A stretch of DNA of 64,000 nucleotides from an uncultured Alphaproteobacteria bacterium (lineage in GTDB: Bacteria; Pseudomonadota; Alphaproteobacteria; Rhizobiales; Xanthobacteraceae): assembly GCA_963828475.1 (NCBI GenBank), contig CAWHFN010000012.1, forward strand, positions 25,439 to 89,438, written 5' to 3'. A model generated the notes under the pieces. That model was not told the origin of the DNA. It worked only from the letters and a program-made list of their open reading frames with translations, and searched no databases. The translations under genes were made by a program, and so were the position numbers. How positions within the stretch are numbered: position 1 is the first letter of the stretch; each line of letters begins with the position of its first letter. Shown here one piece after another: positions 9,067 through 18,956 of this stretch.

Positions 9067-10174
9067 TCACTTCCCCGTCTTCACCCTGGTCCAGAGCCGG
9101 TTGATGATGCGTTGCGTGGCGGGGTCGCGGGCCTGGATGACGAATAGTTTTTTCTGCGTCGCTTCGTCCGGATAGATATTTTTATCATTGAGGATCTTCG
9201 GGTCGACCAGCTTCTGGCTCGCGAGATTACCGTTGGCGTAGGACAGGAAGTCCGAATTCTTGGCGGCGACTTCCGGACGATAGAGATAGTTGATCAGCTC
9301 GTAGGCCTCGGCGACGTTCTTGGCATCCGCGGGGATCGCGAGATTGTCGAAGAACATCTGCGCGCCCTCTTTCGGAATCGTGTAACCGATTTCGATGCCG
9401 TTCTTGGCTTCCGCCGCGCGGCTGCGCGCCTGCATGATGTCGCCCGACCATCCCACCACAAAGCAGATTTCGCCGGACGCCAGCGCGCCCAGATATTCCG
9501 AGGAATGAAACTTGCGCACATTGGGCCTGATCTTGCTGACGAGTTCGGCGGCCTTTTCCAGATCGGCCTGTCTTGGTCGAGTTCGGATCGATGCCGAGAT
9601 AGCCGAGCGCCGCGGGTAGAATGTCGTCGGCGGAATCCAGCATGTGGATGCCGCAGTCTTTGAACTTGGCGAGATTCTCCGGCTTGAACACGATGTCCCA
9701 GCTATCGATTTTCACGTCCGGCCCGAGGATTTTCTCGGCCATCTTGACGTTGTAGCCGATGCCGGTGGTGCCCCACATGTAATTGGCGGCGTAATTGTTG
9801 CCGGGATCGTAGGTGGCGAGCTGACTGGTCACGACCGGCCAGGCATTGGCGAGGTTCGGCAGCCTGGACTTGTCGAGCTTGAGAAAGACCTTCGCCGTGA
9901 TCTGGCGCTGCAGGAAATAGCCTGTCGGCACCACGACGTCGTAGCCTGATTTTCCCGCCAACAGCCGCGTCTCCAGCGTCTCGTTGGCATCGAACGTGTC
10001 GTAGACCACCTTGATGCCGGTTTTCCTGGTAAACTCCTCCAGCACCCCCGGGGCCATATAGTTCGACCAGTTGTAGAAGTTCACGGTGCGCTCCTCGGCC
10101 TGCGCGGGCGGGAGCAACAGCGCGACCGTCATCGCACCGATCAGGCGAAGCGAATTTCGGAGCAGGTCACGCAT
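9067..10174 (-). CDS. potF: Polyamine ABC transporter substrate-binding protein; one +1 frameshift near 9571
   Basis: NFYNWSNY, DVVVPT, YMWGTTGIGYN and GWSGD motifs split over two frames. Removing one base from AAGACAGGCC restores NSTKQADLEK and a 369-codon ORF. Confidence 0.85.
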
Positions 10175-10177
10175 CGG

Positions 10178-11352
10178 CTACCTCTTGCGGCGGCCGTGCA
10201 CCGCGTCCGACAAACGCTCCAGCGCGGTATCCAGCGTTTCGTCCTTTTTGGAGAAACAGAACCGCACCACCGAGGTCACCGCATCCTGCTCGTAGAACGC
10301 CGACACCGGGATCGCGGCGACTTTATAATCCGTCACGATGCGGTTGCAGAACTCGACGTCGGTCTCGTTGAGGCCGAGCGGCGACAGGTCGACGGTGAGA
10401 AAATACGTGCCCTGCGACTTCAGCACGGGAAAGCCGATGCTCTCCAGCCCCTTGGTCAGACGGTCCCTGCTCCGCGCCAGCTCCTTGCGCATGTCGTAGA
10501 AATATTCGTCCGGCTTGCCGAGGCCATAGGCGACCGCGGCCTGCAGGTTCGGCGCGGTCGTGAAGGTGAGAAACTGGTGCACTTTTGCAGCCACCCGCAA
10601 CAGCGGCGGCGCGGCGCAGACGAAGCCGATCTTCCATCCCGTCAGCGAAAAGATCTTGCCGGCGCTGCCGACCTTGATGGTGCGGTCGCGCATGCCCGGG
10701 ATCGTGATCAGCGGGATATGCTCGCGGCCGTCGAAGATCGACATGCTCCCAGACCTCGTCGCAGATCGCGATGGTGTCGAACTGCTGGCAGTACCGCGCC
10801 AGCAATTCGAGGTCCTCGCGGGGATAGACCACCGCGGCCGGATTGAGCGGGTTGTTGAACAGCACCGCCTTGGTCTTGGGATTGAAGACGCTCGCCAGCA
10901 TCTCTTCCGTCAGCCGCCAGTCCGGCGGTTCGAGCCGCAACAGGCGCGGAATACCGCCGGCCTGGCGGATGATCGGCAGATAGCTGTCATAGACCGGCTG
11001 GAAGCAGACGACCTCGTCGCCGGGTTCGACAACGGCGAGGATGGACGGCCGTCAGCGCCTCGGTGCCGCCCGAGGTCACCATCACTTCCGTCATCGGATC
11101 GAGCGCGAGCTTGTGCCAGCGGCCGTAATGGGCGGCGATCGCCTGCCGCAGTTCCGGAATGCCCATCATCGACGGGTACTGGTTGTAGCCGTTCACCGTG
11201 GCATCAGCCGCGGCGCGGCGGATGTCCTCCGGCCCGGGGGCGTCGGGAAAACCCTGGCCGAGATTGATGGCGTTGTTGTCGCGGGCGGCCTGCGACATCG
11301 CCTCGAAGACGGTGACCGGAAGGTCGGCAAAGACCTTGTTCATGGATGTCAT
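10178..11352 (-). CDS. PLP-dependent class I/II aminotransferase; two +1 frameshifts near 11049 and 10740
   Basis: INLGQGFPD, NNPLNP, CDEVWEH and SAGKIFSLTGWKIG motifs in three frames; removing 2 bases gives 391 codons. Confidence 0.85.
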
Positions 11353-11360
11353 GGTGGAGA

Positions 11361-11690
11361 TCAGCCGCCGGTTTTGGTCGGCAATCCGGCTGCCTTCCAG
11401 CCGATGATGCCGCCGGCAAGATGCTTGTCATAGGGAAGGCCCGCCGCCTGGGCCGCCAGCGAGGCCGTCACCGAGCGCTTGCCCGAACGGCAGGCGAAAA
11501 CCACCTGCTTGCCCTGCGGGTCCGGAATGGCCGCCGGATCGAAGCTCTGCAGCGGAACGACCACACCGTCCGGATAGGCTTCCACCGCGACCTCGTTGGG
11601 TTCGCGGACGTCGACCAGGAGATAGCGGCCCTGCTCCATCCCCTTCGAGACGTCTTCCGGCGTCAAATCGTGCACCTGATGGTCCGCCAC
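11361..11690 (-). CDS. Rhodanese-like domain protein
   Basis: LVDVREPNE, ACRSGKRS and LAGGIIGW motifs; GTG start after AGGAGG. Confidence 0.88.
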   Translation of the reverse strand: MADHQVHDLTPEDVSKGMEQGRYLLVDVREPNEVAVEAYPDGVVVPLQSFDPAAIPDPQGKQVVFACRSGKRSVTASLAAQAAGLPYDKHLAGGIIGWKAAGLPTKTGG

Positions 11691-11839
11691 GCAATATCCT
11701 CCTGATAACCCCGCCAAGCAGGGCTCCCATCAGCCCCGCGGCGCGGGCGCCAAAGTCGCCCCTCGCGCGGGTAAAATCAAGCGCTGTAAACGGTTTAAAG
11801 CGGCGTCCGAACCTCCGGCCTCAGCTTCGCCGGAGGCGG

Positions 11840-12286
11840 CTATGGAAGTTCTTTTGCAATCGGCCAAGTCCCCTTTGGCGCTTGAGGACCGACCACCCGG
11901 TAACCTCGCCGAAGGTAGAAGTCGCGGGCGTTTGTGCTTGCCTCTGCATGCACCGAAGGGAACTCGCGGTCGCGGATCAGCCCTTCGAGCATACCGAGCA
12001 ATCCGGCGCCCACGCCCTGCCCGGCAAACTCTGGTGCAGCATACAAACCCTCCAGACAATCGCCGCGAATGGCCCCCCAACCGACGACGATGCCGTCCTG
12101 CTCGGCAACCCAAACTTCCAGCTCACGCAACTTTTGCGCCATTCCAGCGGGCGTGAGCTGCGACGCCCACGCCTGCGCCTCGCCCCTCGGCATCGTTGGC
12201 GGCGCGAGTTCCAGGATCGATCGTCGTCGAATGTCGTGGAGACGGCTTGCGTCCTTGCGCGTCGCTGGACGGTAAACGGCACCCAT
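11840..12286 (-). CDS. GNAT N-acetyltransferase
   Basis: LYAAPEFAGQGVGAGLL acetyl-CoA motif A; ARDFYLRRGY. Confidence 0.8.
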   Translation of the reverse strand: MGAVYRPATRKDASRLHDIRRRSILELAPPTMPRGEAQAWASQLTPAGMAQKLRELEVWVAEQDGIVVGWGAIRGDCLEGLYAAPEFAGQGVGAGLLGMLEGLIRDREFPSVHAEASTNARDFYLRRGYRVVGPQAPKGTWPIAKELP

Positions 12287-12401
12287 CGTCGCCTGCCCTG
12301 AATATTATTTGTCGCAATACACGCCATCATCATGCATCGCCTTGATTTCTGCACTTTTAGAGCAAACAAATTGCAAACATGTAACTCTTGGAGGACACGC
12401 G

Positions 12402-13019
12402 ATGATGGGGCGTGGGCTCGCGTTGTTACTCGTAGGACTGCTCGGCGGCTGCATGCAAGCGACGCTTGCGCCGTCATCGAATGCCAGTTTGACCGCAAGG
12501 GATCGGCAGTTGCTCGCCCACCCGCCTTATGCGCAGGCGAGCATTCCCGAAACATATCGCCGACATATTGTCGACTACACGCGCAGGGAGCAGCCGGGCA
12601 CCATCCTGGTCGATACCAACGCGCGTTTTCTCTACTACGTCCTGCCGGGCGGCAAGGCGATCCGCTATGGCGTGACGGTGGGGGAAGAAGCGCTGGCCTG
12701 GTCAGGCGTCGCCACGGTTGGCCGCATGGCTGAATGGCCGGATTGGATCCCGACGGCGGAGATCCAGGCGCGGCTCGGCCCCTACCCGAAGCGCATTGCC
12801 GGAGGTCCGGCCAATCCGCTGGGCGCGCGGGCGCTCTATCTTTACGAGGGCAACAAGGACACCCTGTACCGCATCCATGGCACCAACCAGCCGGAATATA
12901 TCGGCCATGCCATCTCGTCCGGCTGCATCCGCATGACCAACGAGGACGTTATCGATCTCGTGAACCGGGTGAAGCCAGGCGCGATCGTCGTCGTCCTCCC
13001 GCCGGGCCGGAGTGCGTAG
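12402..13019 (+). CDS. L,D-transpeptidase (YkuD/ErfK family) lipoprotein
   Basis: LLGGC lipobox, NPLGARALYL and YRIHGT…SSGCIRM catalytic motif; RBS GGAGG. Confidence 0.9.
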   Translation: MMGRGLALLLVGLLGGCMQATLAPSSNASLTARDRQLLAHPPYAQASIPETYRRHIVDYTRREQPGTILVDTNARFLYYVLPGGKAIRYGVTVGEEALAWSGVATVGRMAEWPDWIPTAEIQARLGPYPKRIAGGPANPLGARALYLYEGNKDTLYRIHGTNQPEYIGHAISSGCIRMTNEDVIDLVNRVKPGAIVVVLPPGRSA

Positions 13020-13223
13020 GGCGCGTACTTATAAATCCCGAAACGCCCAGCGACTTGGCGATGTCCGTGCTACGCTCTGAAGCGGAAATCCGAGCTGGTC
13101 TTCAGCGCGTCTGCTTTGTGCCCGATAGCGGCCTCATGCACCGCCGGAAAACCTGCACGTAAAGGACGTGCTTCTGCGTAAGCCCGATCGCGTGCCCAGA
13201 TTTGAGGCCGGAACCAAAAGTTA

Positions 13224-13853
13224 TCATGCACCCGAACCCGGTGCGGGACTGAGCGGGGCGCCTCCGACCGAAACAGGGCCGACAGGTTTAGGCCGTGCGG
13301 AGACTGTTTTTCGCGACGTGCGGACGACCCGAGCGCGAGGTTTTGAACGTGGGATGCTGATGCTGGAAGTCGTCAACGGCGTCACAGCGCTCTGCAGAGC
13401 CTCCGCCTGCGCCGCCAATGAGGAGAGTTGACGGGATATTCTTTTCAAATCCCCCTGTTGAGTTGCAGAGGTCTGCGTGAGCGACACCAACACAGCTGCG
13501 TTTTGCTGCTGCGACAACTGAATATCGTTCAGTGCCGCGCGGACGACGGGATCTGGTAACGGGGCCAAAGCCGTCTCACGTGGAGGTGCAGCGAAGCGAT
13601 TGAAATTCGGCAAGGAGAAGTCATCGAAATTGGGCAAAGAGATATTTGGCAAAGAGAAGCCGTCGAAGCTCGGCAAGGAGAAGTAGGTGAAACTCGATAA
13701 AGACGAGGGATTGAAGCTCGGCAAGGAATTGGCGGTGGCCGCACCGATGATGGCCAAGGCGGACAAAGACACCAGTATCGCCGGCGCCCGGCCCGAAGCC
13801 CCGCGCCGTGGCTGATTGTCTTGTTGCGTTTCCTTATCCGGTGTTTCGGCCAC
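13224..13853 (-). CDS. Hypothetical membrane-anchored protein with SLP[SN]F repeats and a coiled coil
   Basis: 209 aa; hydrophobic segment, five SLP[SN][FI] units, Q-rich helix, Pro/basic tail. Confidence 0.65.
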   Translation of the reverse strand: MAETPDKETQQDNQPRRGASGRAPAILVSLSALAIIGAATANSLPSFNPSSLSSFTYFSLPSFDGFSLPNISLPNFDDFSLPNFNRFAAPPRETALAPLPDPVVRAALNDIQLSQQQNAAVLVSLTQTSATQQGDLKRISRQLSSLAAQAEALQSAVTPLTTSSISIPRSKPRARVVRTSRKTVSARPKPVGPVSVGGAPLSPAPGSGA

Positions 13854-14045
13854 CTGCGCTCCCTACGTGTCAGACCAGTCGCAAGACTTCCCTCGCATAG
13901 CCGTCGCGTGGACGATGCAGCGACGGCTCGCGCGCGAATGCCCACCCAAATTCATCGTAAATCATGCACTTATATGGTTAATGCTTGGTTATTCGCAGCC
14001 GCCTGACGCGTTGCGCAGCGTGAGGGTTGCCGCCAAGCTGCCATC

Positions 14046-16241
14046 TCACGCGGCTGGCTTGGGCCGGACCTGCTGGGCTGGAATGCTCTCGTCTCGCTCC
14101 AGCGGCAGGGTGAATTGAAAGACGGCGCCCCGAGGTTCATTCGCGCTCGCCCACATCCGCCCCCCGTGAGCCTCGACCATCGACCGGCAGATCGCGAGGC
14201 CCATGCCCATGCCCTTTGGCTTCGTCGTGTAGAAGGCCGTGAAAACGCGCTCCACGTCCGCCTGATCCAGGCCCGGACCGGAATCGCGAACTGTGACGAG
14301 CACGCCGCCGGCGGCCTCCCTCTCCGTGTTGATCCGCAGCTCGCGCGTCCCCTCGTCGAAGCCGCCCATGGCTTCAACGGCGTTGAGGATCAGGTTCAGG
14401 ATCACCTGCTGCAGTTGGGTGCGATCGCCATCCACCCTGGGTAATCCCGGCGCGAGCTCGGTCTGCAGCAAGATGCCATGATTGAGGACTTCGCTTCGGG
14501 TCAGCGCGACCATTTCGAGGACGGCTTCATTGAGGTCGAACCGATCCTTCCGCGGCGGCACCTTGTGGATGAGGGCCCGGATCCCGCTGATGACGTTGCC
14601 GGCGCGCTTGCCGTCCTCGGCGATACGGCTGAGGGAGGCGCGAACCTCGTCGAGATCGGGCGGTTGGGCGCGCAGCCAGCGCAGGGCGGCCTGGGCGTTG
14701 GCAACCGTTGCGGCGATCGGCTGGTTGACCTCATGGGCGATCGAGGCCGACAGCTCGCCCATCGTGGTGACGCGGTTGACGTGTGCGAGCTCCGCCTGCA
14801 TGGCGCGCAAGGCTTCCTCCGCGCGCCTGCGTTCGGTGATGTGCCGCCCGACGCCGCGGTAGCCGACGAAGCGCCCGGTATCGTCAAACACCGGCAGGCC
14901 AGAGACGGACACGTAACGCTTGCTGCCGTCGGGCGCAGGCCGCGCGAGCTCGAAATCACGGAATGGCAGGTGGGCATCGAGCGTCTCGCGGTGCTTGCGC
15001 CAGGCCTCCTCATCAGGCTCCAGGTACGGCACTTCCCAACGTGTCTTGCCGATCTCGGAGCCCGATTCCGGCGCGTCGGCAAGGCTCTCTGCGAACTCCT
15101 GGTGAACAAAGCGATGTTGCGCATCGGTCTCCCAGTAAACGTCAAAGGAGAACTGCACGAGGGTGCGAAAGCGCTCCTCGCTCTGCCGCAGCGCTTCCAC
15201 CGCCCGCTTGCGCTCGGTCAAATCCAGCACAAAGCCGACACCTTGACTTGTACCTTCCCCGAACATCGCCCCGCCGATCAGCACCGGCACGCGGCTTCCG
15301 TCTTTCCGCACGTATTCCTTCTCGAATGGTTGGGCAGTTCCGATTCTCCTGAGCTCTGCCACGGTACGCGCGTCGCGGTCGCGCCATTCCGGCGGCGTCA
15401 TCGTTGTCCGGTGCAGGAGACCCGCGATGAGATCCTCCCGGTCGTATCCCACCATGCGGAGAAACTCGTCATTGGCCTCTAGAATGCGGCCCTCGACTTC
15501 CCAGATGATGATCCCGATGATGTTGGAGTCGACCAGGCGCCGGATCTTCTTGTCGCGCGTCTGGATATCGCTCTGGAGCTGGAGGTTCTCCTCTGTCGCT
15601 CTTTGACGCCGGATCGCTTCGAGCCGCGCCAGCGCCAACGCGACTCCGGCCAGGGCAGCGACAATGACGATGGCGGTCGCGATCAGCCAGACTTTGCGTT
15701 GTTCGAGTGCCTCGGCGCGCCTCTCCTGATCCACGCGCAGGAAGCGCTCGTGGTCCACCATCTGGTCGATCTGCGACCTTATCTCGTCCAGGCTGCGGAT
15801 CATCGCCAGCGCGGCCGGCCCGGACGTGGTTTGCGCCGTTTTGACGATGTCATCGATCTCGCGCAGCTTTGCCACGACGGTCAGCACCAGATGTCCGGCG
15901 CGATGACTCTGCAATGGATCGCCCGCGACCAGCGCCTGGAGCGCCTGCGCGTCGCGTCGTACGCTTTCGTCGGAGATGCCGTAGGCCTTGAGATATTGCG
16001 GATCGAGGGTCAGCAGATAGCCGCGCCTTTGCAACTCCACGTCGGCGATGACGGCCCGCAGCCGGTCCAGCGTCTCGAGCACCTGACGGCCGCGCTCCTG
16101 CGCAAGCGTTGCCGCTTGTCGCTCCTGCCAATATCGGAAGCCGAGAAACCCAGTCGCGACAACTATAGTTAGAAGAACCGCGACCACCAGCGCCAGCGGA
16201 CGAGCAAACCACCGAGAGGACTGGCTCAGAAGGACTGACAT
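14046..16241 (-). CDS. Sensor histidine kinase (CHASE3 + 2 PAS + HisKA + HATPase)
   Basis: RGYLLTLDPQYL (CHASE3-like) between two TM helices, two PAS/PAC blocks, IAHEVNQP H-box, DSGPG and GMGMGL G-boxes. Confidence 0.88.
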   Translation of the reverse strand: MSVLLSQSSRWFARPLALVVAVLLTIVVATGFLGFRYWQERQAATLAQERGRQVLETLDRLRAVIADVELQRRGYLLTLDPQYLKAYGISDESVRRDAQALQALVAGDPLQSHRAGHLVLTVVAKLREIDDIVKTAQTTSGPAALAMIRSLDEIRSQIDQMVDHERFLRVDQERRAEALEQRKVWLIATAIVIVAALAGVALALARLEAIRRQRATEENLQLQSDIQTRDKKIRRLVDSNIIGIIIWEVEGRILEANDEFLRMVGYDREDLIAGLLHRTTMTPPEWRDRDARTVAELRRIGTAQPFEKEYVRKDGSRVPVLIGGAMFGEGTSQGVGFVLDLTERKRAVEALRQSEERFRTLVQFSFDVYWETDAQHRFVHQEFAESLADAPESGSEIGKTRWEVPYLEPDEEAWRKHRETLDAHLPFRDFELARPAPDGSKRYVSVSGLPVFDDTGRFVGYRGVGRHITERRRAEEALRAMQAELAHVNRVTTMGELSASIAHEVNQPIAATVANAQAALRWLRAQPPDLDEVRASLSRIAEDGKRAGNVISGIRALIHKVPPRKDRFDLNEAVLEMVALTRSEVLNHGILLQTELAPGLPRVDGDRTQLQQVILNLILNAVEAMGGFDEGTRELRINTEREAAGGVLVTVRDSGPGLDQADVERVFTAFYTTKPKGMGMGLAICRSMVEAHGGRMWASANEPRGAVFQFTLPLERDESIPAQQVRPKPAA

Positions 16242-16477
16242 TGGCCTTAAGCCTTCGATGCCCGCGTGCGGCTTTTCTGATGCCGACGCAGAGTATTGCT
16301 AGTATAACGAAAACACAGCCTTGGTCCGCACGGGTAAGCGGGAACCGGCCCACTCAATTGCGCAGATCATACCGGCTGGAAGCCTGTTAGTCCCCTTGCA
16401 AGGGGCCCGAACGTCACGGGAAAACTCCGCGCTGTGAAGTCGCATCCTTCGGCCGGAGCAACCACAGGAGCAATCAA

Positions 16478-17878
16478 ATGGCTCCAGGTGAGAAGTTGCC
16501 TGGGAAGTTGCGTGAAAAGTTGCCGCGCAGTCCAGGGTCGGCCAGCCGGCGCAGCTTCGTCAAGGGATTGGGCGTCGCGGCGGCGAGCTTGCCCGCCCTC
16601 GCCATGCTGCCGCGGTGGGGATTTGCAGAGGATGTCGCCGCTACCTATGCCAAGGCTGCGCTGGATTGGAAACAATTTGCGGGGCAGACGATTACGCTGG
16701 CGGGCGCGATCCATCCCTGGTCAAGCGCGATCGCTGCGCTTTTGCCCGACTTCACCAAGCTCACCGGTATCAGCGTCGTTCCCGACTTCCGGCTTGAGAC
16801 CACCTATCTGGGCGCGCTGCCGATTCAGCTCAACCGTGGCGACAGCACACCCGACGTCTTCATGTTCACGACCTATGGCCAGGGCATCTCGGGAGGATGG
16901 CTCGAGCCGCTGAACGCCTATTATTCCGACAAGTCGCTGACCGATCCCCCCTGGTATGATGAGAACGACATTCTCAAGACAGCGCGGACCTTTCCGTTGT
17001 GGCGGGACGGCGAACGCTACGCCATCCCGATCACTTCCGAAGCGGTGACCTTGTTCATCAACGGCGACGCACTGGCAGCCAGGAACCTGCAGGTTCCCCG
17101 GACTTTCAAAGAGTTGCTTGTCACCGCCAACGCGATCAAGACCAGTGAGATGTCCGGGATCGCGATGCGGGCCCAAGCCGGCGGCAATTCGTCCGTGCCG
17201 GCCATGAGCTTCCTGTTCTCCTATGGCGCGGCGATGGTCGAGGACAACAAGGTCGCATTCGCAAGCCCCGAAGCGATCGCGGCCATCGAGATGTACGGGA
17301 AGTTGCTCAGCCAGGCCGGGTCTCCGGGTGTGAGCGGCTACGAATGGTACCATGTGCTGGACGACTTCCTGCAGCGCAGGACGGCGATGGCGATCGACAG
17401 CAGCAATTTCGCGACCGACATCTCCAATCCGGCAAAAAGCCACGTTGCCGGCAAGGCCGTGTTTGCCGCCTTTCCACATCTCGCCGGTCGCACGTCCGTG
17501 CCCTTCATGTCGCACTGGCAGGCATGCATCAATTCCAGGTCACGAAACAAGCGGGCGGCGTTCTTGTTTCTGCTGTGGGCGACAAGCAGGCCGACCTCGA
17601 TGCGAACCGCAGCGGCAGGGCTGGCGACGACACGCGTGTCGGCCTGGTCGAGCGAAGACTTCAAGAAGGCGTTCGGCGCGCAGGCTGCGGAGGCCGCGCT
17701 GACCAACTTGCAGAATGCCGATGTCGATCGCGCCAAGGCGATCCTTTTCCATCCGCAATCGAGACCGATCCTGGACGCCTTCATGATCGGCGTGAATGAA
17801 GTGGTCTCCGGAGCGAAGCCGGCGAAGATTGCGATGACCAACGCGGCCGAGAAGGCCAATGCAGTAATTCGTGGATAG
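16478..17878 (+). CDS. Tat-exported carbohydrate ABC-type substrate-binding protein
   Basis: SRRSFVKG twin-arginine motif; YAIPITSE and AAFLFLLWATS family-1 SBP motifs; RBS AGGAG. Confidence 0.8.
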   Translation: MAPGEKLPGKLREKLPRSPGSASRRSFVKGLGVAAASLPALAMLPRWGFAEDVAATYAKAALDWKQFAGQTITLAGAIHPWSSAIAALLPDFTKLTGISVVPDFRLETTYLGALPIQLNRGDSTPDVFMFTTYGQGISGGWLEPLNAYYSDKSLTDPPWYDENDILKTARTFPLWRDGERYAIPITSEAVTLFINGDALAARNLQVPRTFKELLVTANAIKTSEMSGIAMRAQAGGNSSVPAMSFLFSYGAAMVEDNKVAFASPEAIAAIEMYGKLLSQAGSPGVSGYEWYHVLDDFLQRRTAMAIDSSNFATDISNPAKSHVAGKAVFAAFPHLAGRTSVPFMSHWQACINSRSRNKRAAFLFLLWATSRPTSMRTAAAGLATTRVSAWSSEDFKKAFGAQAAEAALTNLQNADVDRAKAILFHPQSRPILDAFMIGVNEVVSGAKPAKIAMTNAAEKANAVIRG

Positions 17879-18110
17879 TAGCGCCGTGCCCGGACCGAAG
17901 GTCAGCGACGTTGCTGTCGAGTCAAGTGGCCGAAGATTTTTCGGTCCAGTGCTGGATGTACGACTCCCTGAAGCCGGTCCCAACTCCCAACGGTAAGAAA
18001 TTTCCATCCGTCAGAGCTGGGTACTCAACGATATCGAGAAGGTGAATTGAGCGATCGAGCCGCGCAACCAGCTTCCGGAAATCGCCGACCCTCGCGTCCT
18101 GTCCCTGGCG

Positions 18111-18680
18111 CTATTTTCTTTGCCGCCACTGCATGAATTTTTCAAGCAGGGCCTGGGATTTTTCGGGCGAATCTTTGGCCGTTCCAGCGGAGGCGGGTTC
18201 GGAAACAGCCGGCTCTTCGTTTCCTTGTATGTTTTGAAACTGCTTGAATCTTTGAAGCAGTTCCTGGGAGTCGTCGGACGTCGTCACCTGGGCCGGCGTG
18301 GCCGATGCAGGGGTTGAAATGGAAACGGCGAGTTCCGAGGGCTCGCTTTTCGACCTTGGAAACACGTTGAACAAAACGAGCGCCAGGATCGCAGTGACGC
18401 CGATCGCTGCGGCAATTGCGCCCGCAATGGCGAACAGTCCGCGTCGTGGACGGCGTTCATAAGCGAATTGCGACTCCAGCGGACGGGTGACTTTGGCGAA
18501 AGCCTCCTCGCGCATCTCATCATAGCGAGACAAAGGGGGCGTGGGAGGCAAATGGTCTGATCGCTGCGGTGTCCCGTTAGATCGCGGGTTCGCCATGCCG
18601 CGCGCCGAGCGCGGTGCGTAGTACAGCGGATCTTCCGGACTATCGGGGTTGGAATGGTCGTTCGCGCCGATGAAACTCAT
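18111..18680 (-). CDS. Hypothetical single-pass membrane protein
   Basis: 189 aa; DPLYYAPR N-terminus, one TM helix, two similar C-terminal helices; RBS-like AAGGAG upstream. Confidence 0.65.
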   Translation of the reverse strand: MSFIGANDHSNPDSPEDPLYYAPRSARGMANPRSNGTPQRSDHLPPTPPLSRYDEMREEAFAKVTRPLESQFAYERRPRRGLFAIAGAIAAAIGVTAILALVLFNVFPRSKSEPSELAVSISTPASATPAQVTTSDDSQELLQRFKQFQNIQGNEEPAVSEPASAGTAKDSPEKSQALLEKFMQWRQRK

Positions 18681-18956
18681 TTGCGCTACTCCTTACAATT
18701 TCAGATCGTCGCATCGGATTATTGCCACTCAAGGCTTCAGCTTGGCCTTCCGAGCGCCGTCCACAGTCTACACGAGATGCCGAGGGCATTCGCGCCCTGC
18801 GGCCAGCCGGGTAAAACCTCGATCCGCCGACCCCCGGCTTCAAGAGACTGATCCAAACCGGGATGCGTGTGGAGTCCGATGTTCTGTTCCGCCCAAAAAA
18901 CAATGAAGCTGTTGCCGTCCTGCGACAATTGCAGGCGGAATTCACGGGTTCACGCC

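Noticed and set aside
9560-11060. Programmed ribosomal frameshifting as the explanation for the split potF and aminotransferase
   Set aside because: No slippery heptamers or stimulatory structures at the breaks; these families are not known to recode
13055-13140. Short ATGTCCG…/CTGCTTTGTGCC…AGCGG palindrome-like remnants
   Set aside because: Too degenerate to delimit or assign from this window alone
16245-16253. CCTTAAGCC half-site at the start of the CHASE3 kinase
   Set aside because: Only one half of the tandem box and it abuts the start codon; likely chance
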